This document shows positions 22,488 to 36,838 of a DNA stretch of 64,000 nucleotides, piece by piece. The stretch is from Octopus vulgaris. Taxonomy: Eukaryota. Where the stretch lies: the NCBI GenBank assembly GCA_951406725.2, contig OX597816.1, forward strand, positions 15,314,001 to 15,378,000, written 5' to 3'. Both the position numbers and the translations under genes were made by a program. Numbering within the stretch: the stretch's first letter is position 1; each line of letters begins with the position of its first letter. The notes beneath the pieces are model-generated. The model ran no database searches and was not told the DNA's origin. It was given only the letters and a program-made list of their open reading frames with translations.

Positions 22488-23679
22488 ATATATATATATA
22501 TATATATATATAGTTTTGCAAAGATGACTACGAGTTAGGATGAATGTGACATACTATGGTCCTTACTGTCATATATTTTTATATTACAATATGAAAGAGA
22601 GAACAAGATTGTGAAGCGTGTTCTTTTGCATATGTATCCAACATTCCACCACGGTCTTGAAAGTCGGGCAGAGGTTAAGCTTTAGCCATCAACATGTACA
22701 AAATACAAGCTTATGCATCTGCCATAGCTTTCCTAAACTTGTCTTTTAAGGGCACAGAGAAGCTACAACCACCTCATCTCATGAGACGAAGATAGGCCAG
22801 TCGTCTCCTTACCTACGTCTACATACTTATATCTTCTTCGCTCAAATAGATGCAATTCTTATGAATGTAATTTTGTCAGTGTTTTTCATATCAGTCTGTG
22901 ATTTGTTCATGCTTAAAATTCGACACCGGAGATTAACAAAACGCACTCTATAGGTACACCCTTTGCTTGGCGATGTTTTTGCCTCTGTGTGAACATCAAT
23001 GTTACCGTTACCGTCACCGAACGAATTCACATAATGCCTTAAACTATTTTTTCCTGAAAACACAAGGTTCTCTTTTTTTCAAAACATGCAAAACGTGCGT
23101 GTGCTGCTGTAAAGCAGGTATGTTATTGTCCCTTTTTTCTTTTTTTTTGCTTTGATTATGCAAAATCTTTCGCTCCCCTCCCCACCACACTTTTTGCTTT
23201 GATAGGCGTTGCTTTGCAGGCTGGTCGCCATTACAAATGTTGCCGAGCCATTAACAAACCAAATGTTCGAATAAATTGAAATAAATTTCTTTTCTTTTTC
23301 GTTTTTATTTTAACGAAAAACAATTAATTAAAAATCCTTGCATTGTAAAGTAGGGCTACGCGATTTAAACGTAAAAATATTGATCCAATTTCTTGCAAAA
23401 CAGGAGGCGTTAATATCCAATGCAACAGAAGGTGTTAATAATATCCATACGATGTTAAGTTAAACGAAATACAAAAAGGAATGGTAAAGAAAAGAAAATG
23501 TTCGATGGATTTCCTTTCTCTTCTTTTCAATGATAAAATACAACTAAGTAACCTTACACGCGAAGAATATTATTCAAGTTTTGGAAACCACGGGAAGGAA
23601 CTGTTCTTAAGTCAATATCATGCACGAACAAAACCCTATCTGCTCTGACTGATTCAATCATAATGTAATAATAATCATA

Positions 23680-24570
23680 ATGCTTTCTACTATAAGCACA
23701 AGGCCTTAAATTTGGGGGAATGGGATAAGTCGATTATATCGACCCCAGTGTTTAACTGGTACTTATTTTATCGACCCTGAAAGTATAAAAGGCAAAGTCG
23801 GCCTCACTCTCTCGCTCCACACCAAAGAACGTAGCTTTATTAGCTCAACCTGCTGGAAATAGAAACTAAGTTTCCCTCAAACCATAGCCTTACATTTCAA
23901 ATATGTAGAGAGTATGAAGAGCTGAACGAAATGCCTCTAAGTATTTTAACCGGGGAGCTAAAGATTCTACCAGTTTGCTCTTTAAAATAATTTCTGATTT
24001 CGATATAAGGACAACAGTTTTGAGAAAAAGGGGTTAAGTCAATTCTATCGACCCCAGATTTTGACTGGTAGATATTTTATCGGTCTTAAGAGGATGAAAG
24101 GCAAAGGTGAATTCGTTAGGTGACGGTAACAATAACATCGACTCTAGTTTTTGAATTTGATTATAACTTTAATTTATCAACCCAGAAGGGCTGAAAGGCA
24201 AAGCTGAACGTAGAGGGCGAGGAACTACTGCATGGCTTTATTTCTGATGCTCTAACCAATTTGCCCGCTCGCCAACTTAAAAATGGTTTCTCATTTAGAT
24301 AAAAGGACAATAACTTTCAATTGTTGCTTAAGTAGATTCCATCAGTTCCGGTTTGTGATTTCAGTTTTCAACTTAGTTTATAGACCCTGAAAAGATGAAA
24401 GGCAATGTTGACCTTTGTAGAGTTTGAAACTAAGACGTAAAGAACTGGGACGATAATAGTTTCTTATTTAAACAGATGGCCAGCAATTTGAGGAGGAAAG
24501 AGTTGTAGACTACCCCAACCTCTTTACTTTATTCTATCGACAACGGGAATGCTGAAAGGGAAATTTGACC
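23680..24570 (-). mobile_element. Cluster of about five co-oriented degenerate SINE B units
   Basis: Recurrent atcgacc...gaaaggcaaag motifs near 23785, 24095, 24192, 24395 and 24552. Confidence 0.7.
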
Positions 24571-24573
24571 TTA

Positions 24574-24963
24574 TTCTTTTACTTGTTTCAGTCATTTGAC
24601 TGTGACCATGCTGGAGCACCGCCTTTAGTCGAGCAAATCGACCCCAGGACTTATTTTTTGTAAGCCTAGAACTTATTCTATCGGTCTCTTTTGAAGATCC
24701 GCAAAGTTACGAGGACGTAAACACACCAGCATCGGTTGTCAAGCGATGTTGGGGGGACAAACACAGACACACACACACACACACACGCATACAATTATAC
24801 GACGGGCTTCTTTCAGTTTCCGTCTACCAAATCCACTCACAATGCTTTGGTCGGCCCGAGGCTATAGTAGAAGACACTTGCCCAAGGTATCACGCAGTGT
24901 GACTGAACTCGGAACCATGTGGTTGGTAAGCAAGCTACTTACTGCACAGCCACTCCTACGCCT
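24574..24963 (-). mobile_element. SINE family A, full length, young
   Basis: Near-identical to the 48129 copy. Confidence 0.92.
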
Positions 24964-25319
24964 ATGTGGAACACGAACTCAGAATGTTGAGTCAGATTCT
25001 CGACGGAATTTCATAGCATTTTCCCCACAAGCAGAACAAAAGACAGGAATAAATTTTGCACACTGAGCGTAAACTACATAAAAGTGTTGCAACCGAACAT
25101 GTGTAGGTAAGACACACGAATTCAGAGTATATTCCTAAGTTTAAATTAGTTAGTCGTTGGAGTGAGTGATCAAAAATTGAATCATGTTTGTCTTAAGTTG
25201 AGCACAGTGCAATAGACAACATGCTTCAGTTAACCAACTTGTCTGAAAATAGATATCAGCTACTTGACATAGATGAATGGTCATATTTAGAAAGCCTGCA
25301 CAACCACTAACTTTTATCT

Positions 25320-26350
<1,031 letters not shown>

Positions 26351-26484
26351 TTGAGTATATAACCAATTAGCCAGTGTTGCGTATATTCATCAATGATGCA
26401 TATCGATCCCTTGAAATAGATTTGTAGTTAAGAGGAACGCCTACGTTACGCAGACACACACTCTGTTCCTTACACTCACAGACA

Positions 26485-26527
<43 letters not shown>

Positions 26528-26735
26528 GAAAGGAAGGTTGTTTCTAGTTGAATACTTTTCCATTGTGAACCGTTCAACTATGACGAGAGTAGAGCGTAAA
26601 ATACTTACACACCCTATAAACAAACACATACACAGCACTACATACCATCTGGCTCCTGTTAATTACATTAGGGCACTCTGCTTTACATACATGTATACAC
26701 CTATACCCTACCTTGTGTATGTGTGTTTGTGTGTT

Positions 26736-26770
<35 letters not shown>

Positions 26771-27079
26771 CTTCATGCATACATACATATAATTTTTAAG
26801 AAATCGATATCTATCCATTTATCTGTCTAGGTGTGTGTGTGTGTGTGTGTGCGTGTGTATGCTTGGAAATATAAATTAAGGTGACACCTTTGACAGGAAT
26901 CGAACCATTGTTTGCCCAATGCCCCCTTCCCCACCAAAAATATCAACAACAAATAAAAACAAAACAAAACAAAAAGCAAGAAATCAAAACCAGTCATCTA
27001 AGATATTGCATAATGTCTCGGCAGGATATACTCCAGATTATATCCGATTTGTTTGCACACACACACAGACACACGCACG

Positions 27080-27112
<33 letters not shown>

Positions 27113-27473
27113 ACACACACACACGCACACAAATGCATACAACCGCACACTCTTTCGTTCTTTCTCTCTCTCTCTCTCTCTCTCTCCACTCACACAGATA
27201 AAAGTGTCTTTATTAGCTAACCCAACCTGCTGGAAATAGTAAATAAGTTTCCCTCAAACCACAGCCTAACATCTTGAAACTGAAGGCGACATATTGAATT
27301 ATATAGACTCGTATACAATATGAATACAAGTAGGAAACGAAAGGGTCACATCTAGAACGCTTTAATCACAGGTATGCTTTTCTAATCAATGCAGCCATTG
27401 GAGAAGTTATCTCGGCAGTTGATACCCAATTTAAAAGCGAGGTAAGTAAGATTTTCCTCTCGTCTACTGGAAG

Positions 27474-27870
27474 CAGGCCCTAAGCACTTAAAATCTTTTT
27501 GTGTCCCCATATATATGTCATTCAAAATATAAAATAGTAACAAATCTTATAACAAATTCTTATGCTTCAAAATGAAACCAAATTAACAGTAAGATGGTAT
27601 ATAATGTTTAATTTTTGTATACTTCCTCTTCATATGTGAAAAGTTTTCTCCTACTTGTTTTAATTGCTGAGTCTTTGATCAGATCCTCCTTATAACACAA
27701 GGGACACCTCGAAATTATATTTCTGATCATATAAACCACATCGAATATTACTTTAGCAAGTTCAAAATGATTTCTCCTGAGCCGTAAACCATTTACCATT
27801 TCTGTGGTTCAACTCTTCCCTTGATGCCCTAAGCACGTGCTTATTTTGCTTAATGGTTAATCCAATGCTG
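27474..27870 (-). mobile_element. hAT-like remnant (C-terminal dimerisation-domain trace)
   Basis: Minus peptide NGLRLRRNHFELAKVIFD...DLIKDSAIKTSRRKLF resembles hAT C-termini; terminal-like ...ttaatccaatgctg. Confidence 0.4.
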
Positions 27871-28433
27871 ACTCGAAGCATTTGAACCCACTGAAAGCAT
27901 CTTTATTTTCTGATGAAACACGAGTGTATCTTTTTGAAATGAGGGCTTAGTCCATGGAATGGCATCACACTGCTTCACCAAATCATCAGAGGTTCAAGAG
28001 CCAGCAATTGGCACAGGAAGTCAGGGTAATCGTTTTGGGGGATGACGAGAGCCCCATTCTTAGTGACTTTCTGGGATGTGTTGTAACGTGAATATTGAAC
28101 AGCGCATTGAAGCATTAGATAAAAGGGAATATGCAAGAATCGGAAACTATCCACAATCACTATGGCAATTTCCCCAACATACATATATACATTTTTTTTG
28201 CAACTGAAGTTCCCATCAAATTGTATTTCGAACAGTCTAGAACTTTTGTCTGAAGTTATAAAAAGCTGGTAATTTGAACACTCGAGAAGGGTTACCTTGG
28301 AATCTAAAATGTGTACATATTCGACAAAGATAGTTATACTCGTGTTTTAGTCAACATACATACATACATACATACATACATACATACATACATACACAAT
28401 TCTATATAATTACCTCCCCTACTCTCTATTATA

Positions 28434-28830
28434 TCTTTATATATAAAAGAGAGGTTGTGTGTCTGTCTCCTACGATTTAGATTCCTAACTACTCCCACAT
28501 TTTGAGGTGCAGTTTAACCAAAACCGGGTATCTTATAGTCGTGATTCATATCGAGCCCTTCTGGGTATTAGCGCGCGTCTACGATGAGTCTACGATTTTA
28601 AAAAAAAATTTACCATCATTTTTTTCCATTTTAATGCATTTTTCGATATTATATAAGGGAAGTAACTCTCTAAAAATGTCTACCATGAGTCAACGATTTA
28701 AAATAAATTTGCCATCATTTTTTCCCCATTTTAATGCATTTTTTTTGCTATTTTTTGGCTATAATTCTCTAAAACTGCTTATATAGTTATTTCCCTTACA
28801 AACCCGAGCAACGCCGGGCGATACTGCTAG
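28434..28830 (+). mobile_element. Non-autonomous Helitron (short variant)
   Basis: Starts A|TC; ends with hairpin CCCGAGCAACGCCGGG then CTAG|T. Shares both ends with the 10720 and 33995 copies. Confidence 0.85.
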
Positions 28831-29057
28831 TTTATAATAATAATGATAGACATATGTCACAACGGCTTTAACTTGGACGTTCTCTCTATCTTTCATATTG
28901 AAAAGCTTTAGGTATCACATACACCCTTGCATAACTGTTTATTTTTCAATATAATATAGATTTACTTTGTACACATGCAACATATTAACTATTTAATATA
29001 ACATATATGGAAATGAATTTTGTTTATTGTGTGACCATTCCTGTGTAAGAATACAGC

Positions 29058-29463
29058 CTTTTCTTAAATAACAATATCAATGCAATGACCAAACGAAGAA
29101 GTGAAATAAAATCTTTTCAACTGATATTCTACGTCTGAATTTTATGCCATACTTTAAAATGCCTTCCAGAGGTTTCGTCTTATTGAAAAATTGTCAGCTT
29201 TGAAGCTTCACATGTTTTCTGAACATTGGCAATTTCTAATTTCGAGGAGAGAGTGTTAGTCGATATCATTGACCACAACACTAGTTCTGTTATTTTATTT
29301 TATTAACTCTGAAGCAATCAAAACTGAGAATTTTTAAATAAGACGAAACTTCTGGAAGGCATTTTAATGTGTGGCATAAAATTCAGATGTAGAATATCAG
29401 TTGCAAAGATTTTATTTCACTTCTCGGTTTGATCTTTGTACTGTCATTGTTATTTAAGAAAAG
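29058..29463. repeat. Inverted repeat (~150-bp arms, ~100-bp spacer)
   Basis: 29058-29210 is the imperfect reverse complement of 29310-29463. Confidence 0.88.
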
Positions 29464-29780
29464 TTAACCCCGGTGTGAATTGAACTCTGAACGCAATGGG
29501 TCGGGAGGAATAGCTCTGGGCATTTTGTTCAATGCTCTAATGATTCTACCAATTCCCTGCCTTAGTTTCAAATATGGCTCAAAGCTAACCATTTTAAAGA
29601 AGAGGTTAGTCAATACCATCTATCTTAGCACTTCACTGGCACTTTATTTTATGGCCCCCTGGAGGATGAAAGGTAAAGTTGACCTCGGCAGGAATTAAAC
29701 TTAGAACGTTAATGCCTGGAATGAATGCCACAAAACATTTCTTTCCGACGCTTTAACGATTCTGCCAGCTCGTCGCCTTG
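29464..29780 (-). mobile_element. Degenerate SINE B units
   Basis: gaggatgaaaggtaaagttgacctcggc...ttctgccagctcgtcgcctt. Confidence 0.7.
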
Positions 29781-30139
29781 TTGACGGTAAAGGCTGCAAT
29801 CCAAAATTAGCAATACAGAATGCGTATGATGTCCCCCCGTTTAAGTGGGGTAACGTTGATTCTTGGTATATTATCAACAGTCTACAATCAGGGTTTGAAT
29901 CGTGTCAAACTCGACTTTTCCTTTCATTCTCCCGGGGTCAATAAAATAAATTCCACCTTGTTTGTGGCGATTAAAATCAACAGTGCCCTTTCCCACAAAT
30001 GTGTGTCCCTTAAGCTTAAATTAGAAATCGTTACAAAAGAAGCTCCCTTCAGAGTAATTTGCTCAACAACAATTGAAACATTGAGCTTTAGAGAAAAAGG
30101 TACAAATAGAAAATAGCCTATAACTCATAAATATTATTC

Positions 30140-30193
<54 letters not shown>

Positions 30194-30306
30194 GTTTCTT
30201 TTATTGGCCACAAGGGCCCAAGATATTGAGAACTACATCAAAAGACGAAATACCACACAAAAAAGGTGAGTTTACATCGATCAAAAGGGAAATAATAATA
30301 ATAATG

Positions 30307-30341
<35 letters not shown>

Positions 30342-31124
30342 GTATTGCTTTCGGTCTTTTTTTTGTTGTTGTTATAATTTTGGTTAGTTTATTTTTGTTC
30401 CTGAAATGAAAAGAAAGAGCGCAAAACACTGACAAAATAGTTTAAACCCAAGGGACAGCGAAGTAGAAGTCGACATTTTTATAACTAACTACAAGGAAAA
30501 ATGTTCATGTAGTGAATGATGGAAACTGATATAAAAGACAATTGTGATGGCAAGAGTGAAAAAGTCGGATAATAAAATAGAAATTAAAAAAAACAAAATC
30601 GCAACAAAAAATAACAATTCTCCAGCCTTGAAAATACAAAAGGTGAGATCCGCCATTTCTTTTCAGTCGTAGTTAAAAAGGAATTCGTATGAACTGTAAA
30701 GAAGAAATATGGAAATAATAAAAATAAGAATAATGTAAAAAGAAATAAGGAAAGGAAGGAAGAAAGAAAGAAATTATTAAAATCCAAATAAAAGGAAATG
30801 AAATATTAATATTAAAAATCATTTCCGAAATTAAACATAGAACAATCGAGAAATCAAATAACATTAAAAATTAGATCATCAAGTTCAAATAGGATTTTTA
30901 GAATAAAGAATAAAGAGTAAAGAGTAAAAATGAAAAGAAAAAAAAAATATGAAAGACAATATGAAACAAAAGCATAAAAAAATGAAAAATGAAAATAAAA
31001 AATAATAATAATAATAATAAAAATAATAATTGTCCATGCCGTACCATCTTATGCTAAATAACAAATCAAGCAATGAGCTGAGAGCTGTTTCAATGATGTT
31101 AGATTAGATAATAACAGAAGTAAC

Positions 31125-31720
31125 ACATGCGCACATTTATACACACGCACACACACACACGCACACACACACACACACGCAACACACACGCACACACGCA
31201 TGCAACACACACATAGGCACACACATATTTATTCACTCATTCACGCACACTTATTTTCTCACACATACATATGCAAACACACGCACACACACACACACAC
31301 ATGCACACACACATATGCACACGCACACTCACTCGCTCACACGCGCACACAAAACACATACATATACACACGCACGCATCATATTTACTCACGCAGTCAC
31401 GCACATTTATTCTCTCTCTCATACACACACACACACACACACGCATATACATCCGCATGCCCATATGCACGTAGACACATTTGCTCACACACACACACAT
31501 TCACTCACTCACGCATGCATCTATTCACACACTCTCATGCACACACACTCATGTGCGGGCACACACACTCACCCCCATGCACATATACATGCGTATACAC
31601 ACACGCACACACACACTCTCAAACACACACACACTCTCAAATACATACACACACACACACACATACACATACATACACATGCATACTCTCAAATACATAC
31701 TCACACACATACACACACAC
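31125..31720. repeat. Degenerate (CA)n tract
   Basis: Directly visible. Confidence 0.92.
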
Positions 31721-31829
31721 GCGGTTCAGAATATGAACCAACGCTTGCTAGGAATTGTGCAACCTCTGACAAAGAAAATTCTTTTGGAATGTCCTGCTGT
31801 AGAAAAAACTATAGTAAGACTTTAGATGC

Positions 31830-32448
31830 AGACAAGTATGAGTCGCTAAGAAGTTCGCTCTCCAGCCACGCGGTTTTGGGTTCAGTCCCACTTCGTGACT
31901 CCTTGGGTAATTGCCTTCTACTATAGGCCTAAGGTTGACCAGTTTCTTGTGAGTGAGTGAGCGAGTTTGGTACAGACAAAGTCTGTGTGGAAGCTGCTCA
32001 TCTTGTGTAATTGTGTATGTGTGTGTGTGTGTATAATTGTGTATGTGTGTGTGTGTGTGGTGTGTTTGTCCCTGGTTACCCCTTAATAACTAGTGCTGGT
32101 CTGTTTGTGTTCCTGTAACGTAACGGTTCGGCAAAAGAGTATGTTAGAAAAATAAGTCCTGGGCTCAGTTAGTTCGACTTGACCCTTCAGCACAGTGCCC
32201 CAGGATTGTTTTTCTGTCCAATGATGGAAACAAGTAGATATTAAAAAATGTGTGCGTTTTGTGTTTACTTCCTCAAAGCTTGACAACTGGTGTTAGTTTG
32301 TTTACGGCTCTATAACTTAGTGGTTTAGCAAAAAAGACCCAGATAAAATAAGCACCGAACTTTAAAAATAAGTCCTTGGGTCTCTTTTTTCGACTAACTC
32401 TACAAAGCGAGGCTGCAGCATGGCCGCGGTTCATGACTAAAACAAGTA
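31830..32448 (+). mobile_element. Degenerate SINE family A copies
   Basis: ggttcagtcccac...ccttgggtaattgccttctactatag head and two tail segments. Confidence 0.7.
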
Positions 32449-32912
32449 ATTGTGAAAAGCTTGTAGGTGCAGTATGACAGAATGAGTAAGATATTTTCTT
32501 CACAGTTACAGAAGTCTTGGTTTCGATCCCCTAGACTTGAGTTGATCCACATCTACCTTGTGGACGAAACTGAGAGGACGGAAACCACATAGAAGCCCGC
32601 CGGGTTGAAGGTATCTGTAACTCAGAAGATTCAGCTTTGTCACTCACTGTCACGCTGATTCTGCTTAGTAACTGCGTTAAGGGTACACATGTCTGCGGAA
32701 TACTCAGCTGCTTATACGTTAGTATAGGAGCAGGGAAATCAATTAATTGATCAACTTAATCCTCTTCGTTGAACGACGGAAATCCACCGCGGTGACCACA
32801 ACTGCTGTTATTGCTGATATGTTGCTCCAGGTCTTCTCTGAACGAGCTAGCCTATGACCAGTGATGTTCTAACCATGACGATCTCGTCTTATTTATCTTT
32901 TTAAGCACAGTC

Positions 32913-33183
32913 ACAGGTGTGGTTGTGCGGTTAAGAAGTTCGCTTTGCAGCCACATGATTTCGGGTTCGTTTCCACCGTACGGTACCTTGTGTAATTGTC
33001 TTCTACTATAGCCTTGGGCCGACCAGTCCCTTGTGAAAAAATTCGGTAGGCAGAAACTGTGTGGAAGTCCGTCGTATATGTGTTTGTGTCTTTGTGCTTC
33101 TTTTTTCGCTGCTTGACAACCGGTGTTGATTTGTTTACGTTCTCGTAACTTGGTGGTTCAGCAAAAGAGACTTAATAGAATAA
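32913..33183 (+). mobile_element. SINE family A, 3'-truncated
   Basis: Head and body alignable; interrupted by the adjacent LINE fragment. Confidence 0.75.
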
Positions 33184-33475
33184 TGGACAATGAAGAGAGC
33201 AACAGTCATCAAAATAGGTATAAGGGTACAGGGAGCATTAACAAGCAGATTTGAGAAATTTGTTGAGGAAACTAGGATTGATATGAGGGTAGAACATGCT
33301 CAGAAAACTGCTTTATTGCGGACAGCGAGGATCCTGAGATTGGTACTTGATTGTTAAATATATGGAAAGAGACCCTGTAAGACGTTTGACAATAGGCTAC
33401 TGTCCGCTCTTGCAGAATTAACCGGAGCTAGTGAAATCGAGAACTCTGGGAAGTGAAATGGAAATGTTAATAACG
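33184..33475 (+). mobile_element. 3' end of an RLE-type LINE (R4/Dong-like)
   Basis: Translates WTMKRATVIKIGIRVQGAL...AQKTALLRTARILRLVLDC* (stop 33355-57), the typical C-terminus of restriction-like-endonuclease LINEs. Confidence 0.7.
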
Positions 33476-33477
33476 AT

Positions 33478-33692
33478 GGTTTCAAATTTTGGCACAAGGC
33501 CAGAAATTTTGGAGGAGTTGGCAAGTCGATTACATCGGCCCCATTGATCGACTGGTACTTATTTTATCGACCTCGAAAAGATGAGGATGAAAACAAAGTC
33601 GACCCCAGCGGCATTTGAACTCAGATCATAAAGACAGTTGAAATGCCGCTAAGCTTTCTACTCAGTGTGCTAACGGTTCTGCCAGCTCACCT
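33478..33692 (-). mobile_element. SINE family B (tail type 2)
   Basis: Body and head alignable. Confidence 0.75.
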
Positions 33693-33787
33693 AAGTACTG
33701 GGGTCAATTTGTCCGACTGGACCCTTTAAGGCGGTGCCCAGCATGGCTGCAGTCAGACGACAGAAACAAGCAAACGATAAAAGATAG

Positions 33788-33993
33788 TGTGACCGCGTGT
33801 GTACCGTTGGCGATTTTTTCCTCCGCCTTCCCTTCTTTGGATCTTTCCTTTTCCTATGTTTCTGGAGAAGAGCTCCGCTCGAAACGTTAAACCCTCCTTC
33901 TTTCCTGAGCGTCCAATAACACTATACTTGTTCCACGTCCTCACGTTGTGTTTTCTCTTTGTCTTTTCATGTTTGGATTAACTTTATATATAT
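33788..33993 (+). mobile_element. Hammerhead-bearing repeat family H1, copy 2
   Basis: gtgaccgcgtgtgtaccgttggcgatt...ggattaactttatata; homologous to 22286. Confidence 0.82.
33858..33892 (+). ncRNA. Minimal type-I hammerhead motif (A6>G)
   Basis: GUUU-CUGGAGA-A-GAGC(UCC)GCUC-GAAA-CG-UU^AAAC. Confidence 0.6.
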
Positions 33994-33994
33994 A

Positions 33995-34510
33995 CTAGCA
34001 GTATCGCCCGGCGTTGCTCGGGTTTGTAAGGGAAATAACTATATAAGCATTTTTAGAGAGTTACTTCCCTTATAGATGCCAATTCGGGCTTTCTTAGCCA
34101 TTTCTGTTTTGGTGTCTTCAAGCCATGAAGTCGTTGTTCTAAAAGAACGCTGGTCTCCTTGACAACGCTTTACGACGTTGATTTCCTTACACTCCCTTCC
34201 CCACAGCTTCACGAGGGAGGGAAGAAGGGGGAGAAGCAAACAGGTGCAGGTGTGACCGTGGACGCCAACTCCGCCGCCATCGACACACGAAAAATTATGC
34301 ATTAAAATGGAATAAAAAATGATGTTAAATTATTTTTAAAATCGTAGACTCATCGTAGACGCGCGCTAATACCCAGACGGGCTTGATATGAATCACGACT
34401 ATAAGATACCCGAATTTGGTTAAACTGCACCACAAAATGTGGGAGTAGTTAGGAATCTAAATCGAAGGGGACAGACACTCACACAACTACAGTTATATAT
34501 ATATATATTG
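33995..34510 (-). mobile_element. Non-autonomous Helitron
   Basis: Near-identical to 10720-11246. Confidence 0.8.
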
Positions 34511-35092
34511 AATTACGTTATCCGATGTGTTCTTAAAACCATAAGGTGTGATGAAAAGGGAACTTTAATTGTTTTTCTGTTTTATGAAAATCAGATTGCT
34601 GAATATTCTCGTCTTAAACCCTAAAACGATTTCACTTGAATTTAGATACTGATCTTGGCAACACCATGAACACACAAAGGTGTATGTGTGTGTGTGTAAG
34701 CGGCCCCCATTTTCCCCCTCAATTTTCTTTTCCAAAGGAAACCATTATTCTCTTATTTTAAGACATTGGTGCATTAATCGCCTACGCTACTAATATGTGT
34801 TACTAATTACTTCTTATTTTAATGAAAACACTAAAATATGGATGTAGGAAATTATCTATGAGAGTATGCTAGAAGCTTTTCGAAACCAGTTAATTACTTT
34901 TCATTATCATTGCGCTTTAAATTCATTGATGTTGAGATTATAATATCCATAATGAAATACTGTACCTGCTAAGAAATATTCTATAGCTCTAAATTTATCA
35001 AACTCAGAGTAATATTAACTAATAATACTTACAAAACCGTATAGGAAACTTATAAGGCCTTCTAATATCTTATATACATGTACTTTTTTTTT

Positions 35093-35435
35093 TATTTGTT
35101 TCAGTCATTTGCCTGTGGCCATGCTGGAGCACCGCCTTTAGTCGGACAAATCGACTAATACTTATTCTATCAGTCTCTTTTGCCGAACCGCTAAGTTACG
35201 GGGATGTAAACACACCAACATCGGTTGTCAAGCGATGGTGGTGGTGGAGGGGGACAAACACAGACACACACACATATATACGACAAGCTTCTTTCAGTTT
35301 CCGTCTACCAGATTCACTTACAAAGCTTTGGTCGGCCCGAGGAAGACACTTGCCCAAGGTGCCACGCAGTGGGACTGAACCCAGAACCATGTGGTTGGTA
35401 AGCAAGCTACTTACCACACAGCCACTCCTGCACCT
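35093..35435 (-). mobile_element. SINE family A
   Basis: Alignable to the other copies, with small deletions. Confidence 0.88.
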
Positions 35436-35714
35436 ATATATAAGTTTCAAAAACTGAATAGAAGTAAGACAAAGGAACGAACGGAAAATTCATACACAAA
35501 ACATGAACAGACTACTTCTTTCGTCAGTCATCTCATTATAATTATGCCTTTAAACGATGATATTGTTCATTTTTGGTGGCGTCAGCAGTAAAAGCTGCTA
35601 GGATTAATGAGCAAACGAGGAGGAAAGTGTCGAAAACTAACAAATAGATATTTTGGTGTCAGAAATTTACTAAACTAGGTTTTTTTTTTTTACATTTCAT
35701 ATAATAACTATATT

Positions 35715-36325
35715 TTGGCACCGTTTCCTTTCAGATAGTTCCTTTGGGATTATTCTTAGCGATGTCATTGCATCTTCCATACCTCAAAAATAACTCACAA
35801 GTTCTCTTCCAAAAGGTCGTCCTTTGCTGCCCACGATCCTATTTGAGTTCCATCTGTCTAAGTAGCTCCTCTTCAGCTTCAGTTTCATTTCAGGGTATAC
35901 AGCAATGTCAAGATGCCACTGCTTTTGAGTGAGTGCCAAGAGATGGGGAACAGACTTCACAGGAACACGATACACATTCACTTTTTCTATGAGAATCTCT
36001 TCATAGATTCCATAACTAATTAATTGATCCCTTTCATGCGAGAGGGAGCCGATGGATTGCTTGGTGACAATCCTCATGGATGAATTCGTAAATTTTATTT
36101 TGATATTTTCTGGAATTTTGTTCGTGCTTTGTCGCCCTGAATAATAATCAACTTAAACAAGCACTCGACCAACCTTGAAATGTGCATGTTTTTCAAACCC
36201 GTGTTCGACCAACAGAATGTTCGCCAAAAGCATAACGAAGCATTTCTGGAATCTTGATAGCAGATTCACTGAACTTAGAACCAAATTCGATGTCGGTACG
36301 GTGCTCGTATTTGTTGGCCATAGTA
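35715..36325 (-). pseudogene. Decayed, internally deleted mariner transposase
   Basis: EMLRYAFGEH, ISYGIYEEILIEK...VPHLL (WVPHEL-like), PEMKLKLK and a NYLKG-type C-terminus. Confidence 0.65.
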
Positions 36326-36555
36326 AAAATCTCAGGTCCCTTTTATAACAACCTTACTAAAACTTGTGCAATAGCTGAACTCTAGTAGGAAGTCTAACAC
36401 CTATTTGTAGACTGACTCCATAGGCTGACTGCTACCAGTGATCGTCAGCTGCGCACTCATTTCCCTCAAACAGTACAAACACAGCACATGGATCCAGAAA
36501 TGTTTTTTATAACATCTCAAAATATGGATGTTACATCTTTAAAACGTAAAATTGC

Positions 36556-36636
<81 letters not shown>

Positions 36637-36838
36637 GTTTTCTGAAGAGTACAAGATTAACTGTTAGTTTGAACGATCATAGAATTAAAAGAGTCATACA
36701 GCATCGTACTGTCGAATACACAATACTGGGCGAAAAGCTTAGAGGTATTTCGTCTGCTCTCCCGAAATTGCTGCCCTTGTGGCAAAATTTGAAACCATTA
36801 TTATTATTGTTAGTTGTTCATAAGTCAGAAAATAAATA

